This document shows positions 1 through 9,446 of a stretch of DNA of 64,000 nt, in pieces. Position 1 is the first letter of the stretch; each line of letters starts with the position of its first letter. The notes beneath the pieces were generated by a model that made no database searches, was not told the DNA's origin, and worked only from the letters and a program-made list of their open reading frames with translations. Where the stretch lies: positions 47,270 to 111,269 of the forward strand of contig JAIYEG010000010.1 in assembly GCA_027487075.1 (NCBI GenBank), given 5' to 3'. Position numbers and translations under genes: made by a program. The DNA is from a bacterium. GTDB lineage: Bacteria; Patescibacteriota; Minisyncoccia; Phycocordibacterales; CALRBL01.

Positions 1-176
1 CATCGGCGACGATCGACACCAAGACGTGCGAGACAATGCACTTCTTGCACACCTTCCTTGCACCAAAGAAACACTCATCACTAAGCTTGGTGAGCCCGCG
101 CACGTTGTACAATCGCGACTTTCACTCCTCGAAATCAATGGCATCATTCGCGAGCATGACGGCATACTATATATAG
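1..176 (+). CDS. 3' end of an unidentified upstream gene (partial, enters from the left edge)
   Basis: Open frame from the window edge to TAG at 174-176. No recognisable motif. Confidence 0.25.
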   Translation, partial: SATIDTKTCETMHFLHTFLAPKKHSSLSLVSPRTLYNRDFHSSKSMASFASMTAYYI

Positions 177-220
177 TGTAATTTTACTTTTTTAATCATA
201 CCGTGTAATACTGGCACTAT

Positions 221-2476
221 ATGAAGCTACTTATCGTTGAGTCACCCGCTAAAGCGAAGACTATATCCAAGTACCTCGACGGCGCTTACGAAGTGAAGGC
301 GTCGGTTGGTCACGTGCGTGATTTGCCTAAATCAAATAAGAAAGCCATCGATATCGAAGCGGGCTTTGTCCCCCACTACGAAGTATCTCCAGGAAAAGAA
401 AAAGTCATTTCTGAAATTAAGTCACTTGCCAAAAAAGCCGATGAGGTCATCCTTGCAACCGACCCCGACCGTGAAGGAGAAGCCATTGCATGGCACATTC
501 AGCAAGCGGTGGGACTCAAGAATCCAAAGCGCGTCGTCTTCCACGAGATCACCAAAGAGGCAGTGCAAGAAGCGATGAAGCATCCACGTCATATTGATGA
601 CCACCTTCGTCATGCACAAGAAGCACGACGTGTGCTCGACCGTCTCGTAGGATATGACCTCTCTGGCCTCATTTGGAAAAAGGTGCGCTACGGTCTTTCA
701 GCTGGTCGCGTACAATCACCTGCACTTCGCATCATTATGGAGCGCGAACGTGAAATCCGCGCATTCAAGCCTGAGCAATTTTTCGTGATCACTGCCGACC
801 TCAAGAAAGGCACCGCACTTACTTACACCTGCACCGAAGAACCAAAAGAACAAAAAGAAGCCGAGCGTATTGTTGCAGTGGGAACTGCATCAAAGACGTG
901 GGAAGTTGCTGATGTCTCAGCAACCGAAGTGAAGCGTGCGCCACGTGCCCCCTTCATCACCTCCACACTCCAGCAAGCCGCAAGCTCACGCCTTGGCTTT
1001 GCACCATCACGCACCATGTCGATTGCGCAGCGATTGTATGAGGCAGGTCTCATCACCTACATGCGTACCGATAGCACCACCCTTTCAAAACAGGCGCTTG
1101 GACAGATTGCGGGAGTTATCGAAAAAGAATTCGGAAAAGAGTACCTCCAGTTCCGCACCTACGCTACAAAAAGCAAAAATGCCCAAGAAGCTCACGAGGC
1201 GATTCGCCCTACCAATGTCGGCGTGCTAAAAGCAGGCATCAATGACGAACAACAAAAGCTCTACGCACTCATTTGGTCACGTACGGTGGCATCACAGATG
1301 GCTGATGCCAAAACTCTCCGCACCAAAATTCTTGCACGGCCACAAAGCGGCGAAACCATTCCCGACTTTGCAATCAATGGTTCACAAATTATTTTCCCCG
1401 GCTGGATCAAAGCTGATACTGGCGCTCGAGGTGAAGATGTAGAGCTTCCGCCACTCAAGAAAGGCGACACACTCGAACTCATCGATATCAAGAGCGAGCA
1501 AAAATTCACTGAACCACCATCACGCTACTCTGAAGCGGGTCTCATCAAAGAACTCGAAAAACGTGGTATTGGCCGCCCTTCGACCTATGCTTCAATCATT
1601 CGCACCATCGAAGAGCGAGGCTACGTGGATAAAGTTAATAAATCACTCGTCCCTACCGATACGGGAGATGTCGTATCGAGCTTCCTCGAACAAAACTTCA
1701 CCGACTACATTAGCGATTCATTTACTGCTGAAATGGAAGACAAGCTCGACCTCATCGCCGAAGGCAAAGCACAATACAAACAAACACTCACTGATTTTTA
1801 CTATCCTTTCCTCAAAGAAATCAAAGAAAAAGAAAAGAGTGACAAGATCACCAACCTTGGTGATGCCGATGTGAAGTATGTGTGTCCAAAATGTGGAAGT
1901 CACATGATAATCAAACTTTCACGCAATGGAAAATTTTTGAGCTGTGCTCGCTACCCTGATTGTGACGGCGCACTTACCATCGACGGAAAAGAAATTCAGA
2001 AAGACACCCCACTCGGTATTCATCCTGACACCGGTCTTCCTATATATGTAAAAATAGGAAAGTATGGACCATATGTACAGATGGATGCACCAGAAGCCTC
2101 ACCTGTCGAAGAAGTGCCAGCAGCTCCGGAATACACTAAGACCGGCAAACTCAAAAAACCTAAGAAGCCGAAAAAACCAAAGAAAGTAAAACCAAAGATG
2201 GCAAGCATTCCAAAAGGAGTTGACCCCGAGCACGTCACTCTCGAACAAGCGGTGCGCTTCCTCACTCTTCCTCGTGCACTTGGCACACATCCCGACACCG
2301 GAAAGACCATCACTGCAAGTATCGGCCGTTTCGGCCCCTACGTTGTACACGAAGCAGATTTTCGCTCACTCAAAGGCGAAGACAATCCCTACGACATCAC
2401 CCTCGAACGTGCCATCAAGATTTTCAGTGAACCAAAGAAAGTTGGTCGAGGTCGTTTTGCCAAAAAGAAAAAGTAA
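221..2476 (+). CDS. topA: DNA topoisomerase I
   Basis: 751 aa. N-terminal TOPRIM (MKLLIVESPAKAKTI...), catalytic Tyr region, C-terminal C4 zinc ribbon (CPKCGS...CARYPDCDG) and a Lys-rich tail. Confidence 0.92.
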   Translation: MKLLIVESPAKAKTISKYLDGAYEVKASVGHVRDLPKSNKKAIDIEAGFVPHYEVSPGKEKVISEIKSLAKKADEVILATDPDREGEAIAWHIQQAVGLKNPKRVVFHEITKEAVQEAMKHPRHIDDHLRHAQEARRVLDRLVGYDLSGLIWKKVRYGLSAGRVQSPALRIIMEREREIRAFKPEQFFVITADLKKGTALTYTCTEEPKEQKEAERIVAVGTASKTWEVADVSATEVKRAPRAPFITSTLQQAASSRLGFAPSRTMSIAQRLYEAGLITYMRTDSTTLSKQALGQIAGVIEKEFGKEYLQFRTYATKSKNAQEAHEAIRPTNVGVLKAGINDEQQKLYALIWSRTVASQMADAKTLRTKILARPQSGETIPDFAINGSQIIFPGWIKADTGARGEDVELPPLKKGDTLELIDIKSEQKFTEPPSRYSEAGLIKELEKRGIGRPSTYASIIRTIEERGYVDKVNKSLVPTDTGDVVSSFLEQNFTDYISDSFTAEMEDKLDLIAEGKAQYKQTLTDFYYPFLKEIKEKEKSDKITNLGDADVKYVCPKCGSHMIIKLSRNGKFLSCARYPDCDGALTIDGKEIQKDTPLGIHPDTGLPIYVKIGKYGPYVQMDAPEASPVEEVPAAPEYTKTGKLKKPKKPKKPKKVKPKMASIPKGVDPEHVTLEQAVRFLTLPRALGTHPDTGKTITASIGRFGPYVVHEADFRSLKGEDNPYDITLERAIKIFSEPKKVGRGRFAKKKK

Positions 2477-2487
2477 CAAGAAAAAAT

Positions 2488-2594
2488 AGTTTGCTCTCAT
2501 GCTTTTCAAGAGCACGGATATTTTCTTGCTAGAAAATTCCTCGTGTTCGCTCCGTCGAGCCTCACAAGGCTCTTTCCAAGCATAAGTGCAAACT
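2488..2594. repeat. Nested palindromic intergenic element, copy 1
   Basis: Outer imperfect IR agtttgctctcatgcttttcaagagc / gctctttccaagcataagtgcaaact encloses the core GAGCACGGATATTTTCTTGCTAGAAAATTCCTCGTGTTCGCTCCGTCGAGCCTCACAAGGCTC, which is shared with 5 other loci. Confidence 0.75.
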
Positions 2595-2621
2595 TCTTTT
2601 TTCTACGTTATGATATATCGC

Positions 2622-2960
2622 ATGAGTTATGAACTGCGACATGTAATTAAACGCAATCAAGAAGGCATTCCCACCGAAAAAGATTCTTCACTCAAGCGGT
2701 CACTTGATTCTATCGCCTACCCCGTCGCACTTATCGGTCCACTCTCAAGTCTCGATCAGGCGCTCCGTATTTGGAACGAGCAAAGCGCTGAGGGTGTGTC
2801 AGTCGTTGTGTGGGTAGTTCTCCTCTTCACTTCAAGCTTTTGGATTTTATACGGGATCGTACACCGTGAGCGTGTCATTCTCTTCGGTCATCTCGTGTGG
2901 TTTATTTTGAGCACTATTATTCTCTTTGAAATCATTTATTTCGCGTACTTGGTTGTCTAG
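2622..2960 (+). CDS. PQ-loop / SemiSWEET-like small membrane protein
   Basis: About 110 aa with 3 predicted TM helices. Motif ...DQALRIW...GVS...W...YG... resembles PQ-loop (MtN3) repeats. Start placed after the repeat element. Confidence 0.4.
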   Translation: MSYELRHVIKRNQEGIPTEKDSSLKRSLDSIAYPVALIGPLSSLDQALRIWNEQSAEGVSVVVWVVLLFTSSFWILYGIVHRERVILFGHLVWFILSTIILFEIIYFAYLVV

Positions 2961-2972
2961 CAATACTCCTAC

Positions 2973-3953
2973 TTAAAGCGAGAAATTCTTAAGTGAGTAG
3001 AGCTCCTCGGTATCATCTTTATCTTCAGAGAGCTTTGCATCTGGATCGCCTTCAAACGGTTTATGGTCTTCTGTCACTGGTGCAGCGAGCGCTTCTGCAA
3101 CTGCTGCCTCTTTATTTTTTTCGAGCATGTTCAAAATGGCACGCAAATCTTCGTTTGAGAAAAAGTCGATGGTGAGCTTACCTCCTGACTCTTTCTTTTC
3201 GATTGAGACGCGCGTTCCGAGTGTCTCAGAAAGCTTACCCTGCATATCGATGAGCTCCTGATCGACGATTTCCTTCTTGCGTGTTTTTTCTACCGCAATC
3301 TTGCGCGCAATGGTTTCCGCCTCGCGCACATTGAGCTTGCGGAATACAATTTCTTTGAAGAGCGTCTCCTGCTCTTCGGGACGATCGACAAGCATGAGGA
3401 GTGGTCGGGTGTGTCCTTCGGTGATTTTGCCATCAGATACCGCCTGAAGCATGTGTTCTGGAAGTGCAAGGATACGAATCGTGTTTGAAACATATTCACG
3501 ACTCTTTCCTACCTTGATACCGATTTCTGAATGCTTGAAGCCAAACTCCTTAGAAAGCTGATTGAATGCCTTGGCACGGTCGACAGGATTAAGATCTTCT
3601 CGCTGAATGTTCTCGATGATCGCAAGCTCGAGCTTCATGAGGTCGCTGTCCTCCTTTGCACGAATGAGCACTGGCACCTGCTGGAGCCCTGCGAGCTTCG
3701 AGGCGCGGAGGCGGCGTTCTCCAGCGACAAGCTCATACTCCACCGCCATACTGCCGTCATCACGGAAAATCTCTTTACGCGTCACCACGAGTGCTTGGAG
3801 CACGCCGTATTGGCGGATAGAGTCAGCGAGCGCCTGGAGCGCTGACTGATCGAATTCACGACGTGGTTGGAAGGGGTTCGGCTTGATCTTTTCTACTTCG
3901 ACCCAATAAATCGCATTGTTGTAAAAGGGAGATGATGGTTGTGGTTCGGTCAT
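2973..3953 (-). CDS. parB: ParB/Spo0J-family partition protein (orphan, no parA in window)
   Basis: ParB box (GERR), HTH and dimerisation region. Start trimmed to MTEPQP... because the longer ORF reads through the upstream palindromic element. Confidence 0.8.
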   Translation of the reverse strand: MTEPQPSSPFYNNAIYWVEVEKIKPNPFQPRREFDQSALQALADSIRQYGVLQALVVTRKEIFRDDGSMAVEYELVAGERRLRASKLAGLQQVPVLIRAKEDSDLMKLELAIIENIQREDLNPVDRAKAFNQLSKEFGFKHSEIGIKVGKSREYVSNTIRILALPEHMLQAVSDGKITEGHTRPLLMLVDRPEEQETLFKEIVFRKLNVREAETIARKIAVEKTRKKEIVDQELIDMQGKLSETLGTRVSIEKKESGGKLTIDFFSNEDLRAILNMLEKNKEAAVAEALAAPVTEDHKPFEGDPDAKLSEDKDDTEELYSLKNFSL

Positions 3954-3971
3954 GGGATTTATATTACCATG

Positions 3972-4086
3972 AAGATAAAAAGAAAATAGTTGAAAAAAGA
4001 GCACGGATATTTTCTTGTTAGAAAATTCCTCGTGCTCGCTCCGTCGAGCCTCGCAAGGCTCTTTTTTCAACTATTTTCTTTCCATC
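3972..4086. repeat. Nested palindromic intergenic element, copy 2
   Basis: Perfect outer IR gaaaatagttgaaaaaagagc / gctcttttttcaactattttc around the core GAGCACGGATATTTTCTTGTTAGAAAATTCCTCGTGCTCGCTCCGTCGAGCCTCGCAAGGCTC. Confidence 0.8.
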
Positions 4087-4116
4087 TTCACAGTTTTATA
4101 GTACCTTAATGAACAT

Positions 4117-4200
4117 GCCGGAGTGGCGGAATGGTAGACGCACACGACTCAAAATCGTGTATCGCAAGGTGTGAGAGTTCGAGTCTCTCCTCCGGCACCA
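4117..4200 (+). tRNA. tRNA-Leu(CAA), CCA encoded
   Basis: GCCGGAG acceptor, long variable arm, anticodon loop CTCAAAA, T-arm GGTTCGAGTCC, terminal CCA. Confidence 0.85.
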
Positions 4201-4312
4201 CATAATCCTTGATAAAAGAGAGGTCGCAAGTTCTTCCATCGCAACAATCACAAGCAACACCGAAGGTGGCGCCTTCAGCTGTTGTGGTTGAAGGAGACTG
4301 GGATCATGTTTT

Positions 4313-4345
4313 AACGCAACGCCGCCCCTGGCATAGGGGCGGCGT
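4313..4345 (+). terminator. Rho-independent terminator hairpin
   Basis: cgccgcccc-tggcata-ggggcggcg followed by TTTTGTG. Confidence 0.5.
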
Positions 4346-4376
4346 TTTGTGTATTGTCTAACATGCTTATATCCCC

Positions 4377-5231
4377 ATGAAAAAGCCAAAACCCTCAATC
4401 ATCGTCATCCTCGGTCCCACCGCCTCAGGCAAAAGCGATCTTGCCGTACAACTCGCCACAAAACTCAATGGTGAGGTGGTGTCTGCGGACTCGCGCCAAG
4501 TATACAAAGGCCTCGATCTTGGGAGTGGCAAAATCACTCCCACAGAAATGCAAGGTATTCCCCACCATCTTCTTGATGTGGTAGATCCTAACATCATATT
4601 TTCAGTAAAAGATTTTCAAGATCATGCGTACAAAGCTATCGACGACATCATCACCCGCGGCAAACTCCCCATCATATGTGGAGGTACCGGCTTTTATATT
4701 CAGGCAATCGTCGACGGTCTCATATTTCCTGAAGTGAATGCAGATGTAAAGCTGCGAAAAGAACTTGAACAGAAAAGCACCGAAGAGCTTTTTGCAGAGC
4801 TCACCGTTCTCGATCCCAAACGAGCACAATCAATCGATAGACACAACAAAGTTCGCATCATACGTGCTCTCGAACTCATTCATGCCACCGGAAGCACCCC
4901 CACCATTCGCAAAAAACCGCACTACAACGCACTTCAAATTGGTATCAAGTACCATGACGAACGACTCAAAGAACGCATCAAGGAGCGCATCGAAAAACGC
5001 ATCAAGCTCGGCATGATCGAAGAAGTCGAACGACTACGTAAGGAAGGCGTGTCGTGGAAACGCCTTGAGAGCTTCGGACTCGAGTATCGCTTTATCGCAC
5101 AGTATCTTCAGAACAAGTTCACCAAAGAAGAAATGATTACCCTTCTCGCAACAGCAATCTGGCATTTTGCAAAACGCCAAATGACATGGTTCAAGCGTGA
5201 TCCGCGGATATGGTGGATTGAGGTGAAGTAG
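4377..5231 (+). CDS. miaA: tRNA dimethylallyltransferase
   Basis: P-loop GPTASGKS and MiaA core motifs. Confidence 0.9.
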   Translation: MKKPKPSIIVILGPTASGKSDLAVQLATKLNGEVVSADSRQVYKGLDLGSGKITPTEMQGIPHHLLDVVDPNIIFSVKDFQDHAYKAIDDIITRGKLPIICGGTGFYIQAIVDGLIFPEVNADVKLRKELEQKSTEELFAELTVLDPKRAQSIDRHNKVRIIRALELIHATGSTPTIRKKPHYNALQIGIKYHDERLKERIKERIEKRIKLGMIEEVERLRKEGVSWKRLESFGLEYRFIAQYLQNKFTKEEMITLLATAIWHFAKRQMTWFKRDPRIWWIEVK

Positions 5232-5632
5232 CAAGGACACTCTTGCTCAGGATGACCATCAAGAACCATGACGTGATCTTCTGCGTAGAAACAGCCGCCC
5301 ATGCGTGTACCTGATCAGGATATTGCCACGCACCAAGGAACGTCGAAATATTCTCTGCGATCCAGATGAAGAACGCTACAAGTATAAGTCCGACATTGAG
5401 TGGCATCCATCGACGTCAGGTGGTAACCGTAAAATACACGCGCGTTCTCCAAAACAACGCAAATACGGCAACAATCAAAAAGAGTCGAATATCATAGACA
5501 TAAAAAGACCCTGCAAATATTGCGGATCGCGCTTGCTTGAGGCCGAAAGTGAGGAATTCGTATGCCATATTGTTTTATTACACCATATCAGATAGTATCA
5601 GCCACAAACAAACACCTTAACAAGGAGAACCA

Positions 5633-5995
5633 ATGCACATTAACCATTTATGGGAAGGGGAACAACCCCTGGCCAATGATACGATTCTCACCTCCGTCGC
5701 CATCGATACCATCGAGAGGGGTAGCCCCGCTGACCTCAAAGCAAAAGGAGAGCTCGCATTCACCGACTGCCATGAAGGATTCGGCAAGGAGTGCGCGTGG
5801 GAAGCGACCGCTACCCTCAATGGCACGTCATGGATATGGAGCGTAAAACGGCGAGTACGCGCCGAGGAAGCAACATTCCAAGACAGCTCGACAGGTGAAC
5901 CAGCCTTCACCCGAATCGAAGAGGTAAACACGGCGATCAGGGACTTCGTTTCCGCGCAGCTATCGGAACTCACCACACTCTTCTTTGAAGGATAG
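5633..5995 (+). CDS. Hypothetical protein in a GC-rich islet
   Basis: 120-aa ORF. Local GC is clearly higher than the flanks, and an antisense ORF competes, so the coding strand is uncertain. Confidence 0.3.
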   Translation: MHINHLWEGEQPLANDTILTSVAIDTIERGSPADLKAKGELAFTDCHEGFGKECAWEATATLNGTSWIWSVKRRVRAEEATFQDSSTGEPAFTRIEEVNTAIRDFVSAQLSELTTLFFEG

Positions 5996-6026
5996 TGCGC
6001 ACGCACGCTAGTCACCCACCACCAAC

Positions 6027-6058
6027 CGTGGCCTTTTGTTAAAAAGGCCACGGTTTTT
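6027..6058. terminator. Bidirectional terminator hairpin
   Basis: aaccgtggccttttt-gtt-aaaaaggccacggtt with flanking T/A runs, between convergent genes. Confidence 0.5.
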
Positions 6059-6061
6059 ATT

Positions 6062-6472
6062 TCATTGTAAATCGAGGAGATAATCCCCTGTTGGATTCGG
6101 TTCGGGTGCCTTTATAAAACCATTCTTTTCCCAAAAGCCCTTGCTTGCCGATGACACTTGCGATGCTCGAATATGCAGCATACCTTGTTCTTTTGCCCAC
6201 GACAGCATGTGCTCAAGTGCTTTAGAGCCATACCCGCTTCCTGTCATATCTTTAGAACCCGTCTTTAGAAGTACCGTCATATTGGTAATAACAAGATCAG
6301 AACCGCTCTCATCATTCAAAAGCACACGTATTGAGACCACTACATCATCAAAAGAAAACGAGAGTCGTCTAGCATTCTCATTGCGCTTTTCACTCTCAAC
6401 ACGCACATCACCAGCAAGTCGTAAAGAGTTGAAGATATCGTGCTCGGATGATGAAGCGCTTTCAAATTGCAT
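6062..6472 (-). CDS. GNAT-family N-acetyltransferase
   Basis: 136 aa. Acetyl-CoA-binding-like segment (...GSGYGSKALEHMLSWAKEQG...). Confidence 0.7.
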   Translation of the reverse strand: MQFESASSSEHDIFNSLRLAGDVRVESEKRNENARRLSFSFDDVVVSIRVLLNDESGSDLVITNMTVLLKTGSKDMTGSGYGSKALEHMLSWAKEQGMLHIRASQVSSASKGFWEKNGFIKAPEPNPTGDYLLDLQ

Positions 6473-6512
6473 AAAATAAGTATTCTAATAAGCTTAGTAT
6501 ACAATCAATAAC

Positions 6513-7313
6513 ATGGGCATACAAAAACGTGATGGGAAATGGAGTTTCCAGAATGCAAAAATTAGAAAATGCTTACCTGAAGACATAATTCAGCCAGCCA
6601 TCGATACTAAAGATAATGAGGATTTTAAGGAAATTATTCTTACTTTCTCACTTATGTTCAATGATCTAAAAAATATAACAATAGTAAATGATAGTATGAT
6701 GGAATTATATTCCATAGATAAGAAAGACTTGGTAAGCGGCAATAATGGTGAAATAACTGGTATTAGCTATTATATGGCTAGATTACTATTTGGCACACTT
6801 CACGAATCACTTCAGTATTTAAAAGAAAAAAGAAAAATATTAGAATCCTCAGAATTTACCAAATTAATTAAAGACCTATCTGCAGATGATAGTATGCGAT
6901 GGAAGTTGGTTTGTTGTATTGCTTTTGAAAATGAAATTACCACGGATGACTTCAGAAGTGATTTCATTTATCAAACTAAAGATATTATTGATTTACTTAA
7001 ATCCATAAGAAACAATGTTTCGTTTCATTACCAAACAAAAAAAAGATTGGCCGATGGCTACAGAAATTTCTTTTATAAAAAAGAAATAAACAAATCCAAT
7101 AAATTCGCATTGAGATCTTTGCAAAAAACCAGTTTTTTAGATACACGATATTACTTTGCTGATGGAGCAATAGAAGGATACTTTTCTGAAATTTTTCATG
7201 AAAAATATTCAATTAAGGAATTTACAAATAAAAGCTTAGAAATTTCCGCTTTGCTATGCTCTTCAATTAATTCAATTTTAAATATTTATTTTGAAAAATT
7301 ACCTAACAGATAA
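6513..7313 (+). CDS. Hypothetical protein, strongly AT-rich, possible Abi/HEPN-like defence protein
   Basis: 266 aa at about 28% GC, well below the neighbours. Carries an R-x5-H motif (IRNNVSFHYQ). Lies next to tRNA-Trp. Confidence 0.55.
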   Translation: MGIQKRDGKWSFQNAKIRKCLPEDIIQPAIDTKDNEDFKEIILTFSLMFNDLKNITIVNDSMMELYSIDKKDLVSGNNGEITGISYYMARLLFGTLHESLQYLKEKRKILESSEFTKLIKDLSADDSMRWKLVCCIAFENEITTDDFRSDFIYQTKDIIDLLKSIRNNVSFHYQTKKRLADGYRNFFYKKEINKSNKFALRSLQKTSFLDTRYYFADGAIEGYFSEIFHEKYSIKEFTNKSLEISALLCSSINSILNIYFEKLPNR

Positions 7314-7332
7314 AAACCAAACGACAACAAGG

Positions 7333-7404
7333 CGGGCCCACCAGGACTCGAACCTGGAACCTCGCTTTTGGAGAGCGATGTTTTACCATTGAAACTATAG
7401 GCCC
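7333..7404 (-). tRNA. tRNA-Trp(CCA)
   Basis: Cloverleaf on the minus strand: acceptor GGGCCTA, anticodon loop CTCCAAA, T-arm GGTTCGAGTCC. Confidence 0.8.
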
Positions 7405-7418
7405 GTACGCACCACCAT

Positions 7419-7452
7419 AACAAAAAATCGCTCCTTGTGGAAGCGATTTTTT
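7419..7452 (-). terminator. Terminator hairpin downstream of rpmG
   Basis: aaaatcgcttcc-acaa-ggagcgatttt. Confidence 0.45.
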
Positions 7453-7467
7453 GTGAGGGTCGGCTTG

Positions 7468-7632
7468 TTAGCCAGTAATCTTAGCCTCTTTGTGGGCAGT
7501 GCTCTTCTTGCAATTTGCGCAGAACTTCTTGAACTCGAGCTTCTTGGTGACAAGCTTCTTGTTCTTGCTGGTATAGTAATTAGCGTTCTTGCAGGTGGTG
7601 CATTTGAGACGCAATAATCGGTCTTGTGACAT
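7468..7632 (-). CDS. rpmG: 50S ribosomal protein L33 (zinc-ribbon type)
   Basis: 54 aa, C4 motif (CTTCKNANYYTSKNKK...CANCKK...HKEAKI). Confidence 0.8.
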   Translation of the reverse strand: MSQDRLLRLKCTTCKNANYYTSKNKKLVTKKLEFKKFCANCKKSTAHKEAKITG

Positions 7633-7655
7633 AGTTCCGACACTATATCGCAAAG

Positions 7656-8315
7656 TTGCAGAGTATGCAAATGCGATATACTAACGATATGTCCCACATC
7701 GCTAAAAGCCTTTTAGTGAGCATGATCGCCGTACTCCTTATAGGAGGTATCGGATATTATGCTTTTATACGCCCTCAACCTTCCAAAAATCCCCCTCTCA
7801 AAGAGGGTCCTATCATTGCCTTCGGTGACAGCCTTGTAAAAGGGTTTGGAGCAAACACGGGACATGATTTTGTATCGATCTTAGGCGATCTTGTCGGACA
7901 GCGCATCGAGAACCGCGGGGTAAACGGCGATACCACCGCTTCCGCCCTTGCACGCATCGACAATGTCCTCGCTGATGAACCTTCAGTGGTGATTGTCCTT
8001 CTTGGTGGCAACGATTTTCTTCGACGAGTTCCGCAAGATCAAACATTTGAAAACCTCGGCATTATCGTTGATCGTATTGAAGCGAGTGGTGCGCGCGTCG
8101 TGCTTCTTGGCGTACGCGGAGGCTTCATCACCGATACCTACGCCGAACGCTTCCAATCGTTCGCCGACAATCGACGCCTCTATTTTGTTCCCAACGTCCT
8201 CGAGGATGTGTTAGGTAACCGCAGTCTCATGTCGGACGAAATACATCCAAACGACGCTGGATATAAACTTATTGCAGAAAAAGTAGCACCCGCTCTTAAA
8301 GAAGCACTTAAATAA
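7656..8315 (+). CDS. SGNH/GDSL-family hydrolase (arylesterase-like), membrane-anchored
   Basis: N-terminal TM, GDSL block (FGDSLVKG), GGNDF, and catalytic DxxH (DEIHPN). Confidence 0.8.
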   Translation: MQSMQMRYTNDMSHIAKSLLVSMIAVLLIGGIGYYAFIRPQPSKNPPLKEGPIIAFGDSLVKGFGANTGHDFVSILGDLVGQRIENRGVNGDTTASALARIDNVLADEPSVVIVLLGGNDFLRRVPQDQTFENLGIIVDRIEASGARVVLLGVRGGFITDTYAERFQSFADNRRLYFVPNVLEDVLGNRSLMSDEIHPNDAGYKLIAEKVAPALKEALK

Positions 8316-8335
8316 CTCGTTTTAACTAACTTTGT

Positions 8336-8417
8336 GCGCCGGGAAGGATTCGAACCTTCGTAGCCCGAGGGCGCTTGATTTACAGTCAAGTGCGATTGAC
8401 CACTCCGCCACCGACGC
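8336..8417 (-). tRNA. tRNA-Tyr(GUA)
   Basis: Type II tRNA with long variable arm, anticodon loop CTGTAAA, T-arm GGTTCGAATCC. Confidence 0.75.
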
Positions 8418-8931
8418 ATGAGCTTACTTTATACACTTTATACTTCGGAATTTCAATAGCAATCTCGTTTCTACATGTTATTTCTTTCCACGGCAATACA
8501 TAGATTTCACCCATTTCTGTACACACAAAAAGGTCATCGAACGCTGTGTCGCTATACGTTTTTGCATGCATAAAAGACTGGTTACCGCCAGTTATTCTTA
8601 AAGCGACTACACATCTTTTCTTGGAAGAAGAGTAATAAGCAAATTTAACTTGCACACGTCTCACCTCTCCATTCTTTTCGATAATAAAATCATAGTCTCG
8701 CTTATCACCAATCGGAAGACAGACCTCATACTCCATAGAGATGTAATGGCTTATTGCTCTCCCTACCGCAATGTCACCTTTTTGTTTTGAATTCACCTCC
8801 ACAACACTACCATTTGAAACATCAAATTTTGTAAAAATTTTTATAAGATTGACATAATATTTATTTACGATTAAATGAACTTCTAGGAAGTACCAACACC
8901 GTGCGAGGGGATCACCTTCCTCAAGCGGCAA
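8386..8931 (-). CDS. Hypothetical protein
   Basis: 181-aa AT-rich ORF whose 3' end overlaps tRNA-Tyr by about 30 nt. No recognisable domain. Confidence 0.3.
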   Translation of the reverse strand: MPLEEGDPLARCWYFLEVHLIVNKYYVNLIKIFTKFDVSNGSVVEVNSKQKGDIAVGRAISHYISMEYEVCLPIGDKRDYDFIIEKNGEVRRVQVKFAYYSSSKKRCVVALRITGGNQSFMHAKTYSDTAFDDLFVCTEMGEIYVLPWKEITCRNEIAIEIPKYKVYKVSSCVGGGVVNRT

Positions 8932-9014
8932 CGCTTAGCCCCTTGCACAAAATGCAGTTAGTAGAAATAGTAGAAAGGAACCACCCTATGTGGGATGAAA
9001 AAAAGGCGATCGTC

Positions 9015-9359
9015 ATGAAGGCGATCGCAATCATGCTCCTCTGCCTCGGCGTATTGCCGGGTCAGCAATCGTCAACCGTCTGCCACGAGAAAGAAGTGGC
9101 TCCGGTCAAACACGGTGAGTACCTCGTGGAGACCTGCGCCAGGCAAGTGCCCAGCGCCGGATACCACGCGATCCTCGCCATCAATGCGAATGGAGGACAA
9201 TCCACCACCATCCTCGCATCCTCACTGTTCAACTCCGGCCCGAAAATCATGATCGCCGGAAAGCAGACGTTGCACACCTCGAACACCGTGAACCCTCAGG
9301 AGGCGGCGAACCCGAATTGCGTGCTCGAACGCATCGTTAGCGGTTGCCTGACGAGCTAA
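9015..9359 (+). CDS. Small secreted hypothetical protein in a GC-rich islet
   Basis: Signal-peptide-like MKAIAIMLLCLGVLPG. Local GC is well above the flanks. Strong terminator follows (9384-9416). Confidence 0.35.
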   Translation: MKAIAIMLLCLGVLPGQQSSTVCHEKEVAPVKHGEYLVETCARQVPSAGYHAILAINANGGQSTTILASSLFNSGPKIMIAGKQTLHTSNTVNPQEAANPNCVLERIVSGCLTS

Positions 9360-9446
9360 CACTCCCGGCACCCGCCACAACCAAAAGCCCCGCGCATCAC
9401 TGCGCGGGGCTTTCTTTTCCATATCTAAATCTAACGTAACTTTACT

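Noticed and set aside
2510-2550. HrcA CIRCE operator similarity of the GAGCACG...CGTGCTC inverted repeat
   Set aside because: CIRCE is TTAGCACTC-N9-GAGTGCTAA. Here the half-sites differ, the spacer is about 25 nt, and the copies are not associated with groEL/dnaK promoters.
2973-4070. Longer ParB ORF starting MKKEPCEARRSEHEEFSNKKISVLFF...
   Set aside because: The extra 39 codons are a read-through translation of the palindromic intergenic element (copy 2). The ParB homology begins at the internal Met (MTEPQP), so the start was trimmed to 3953.
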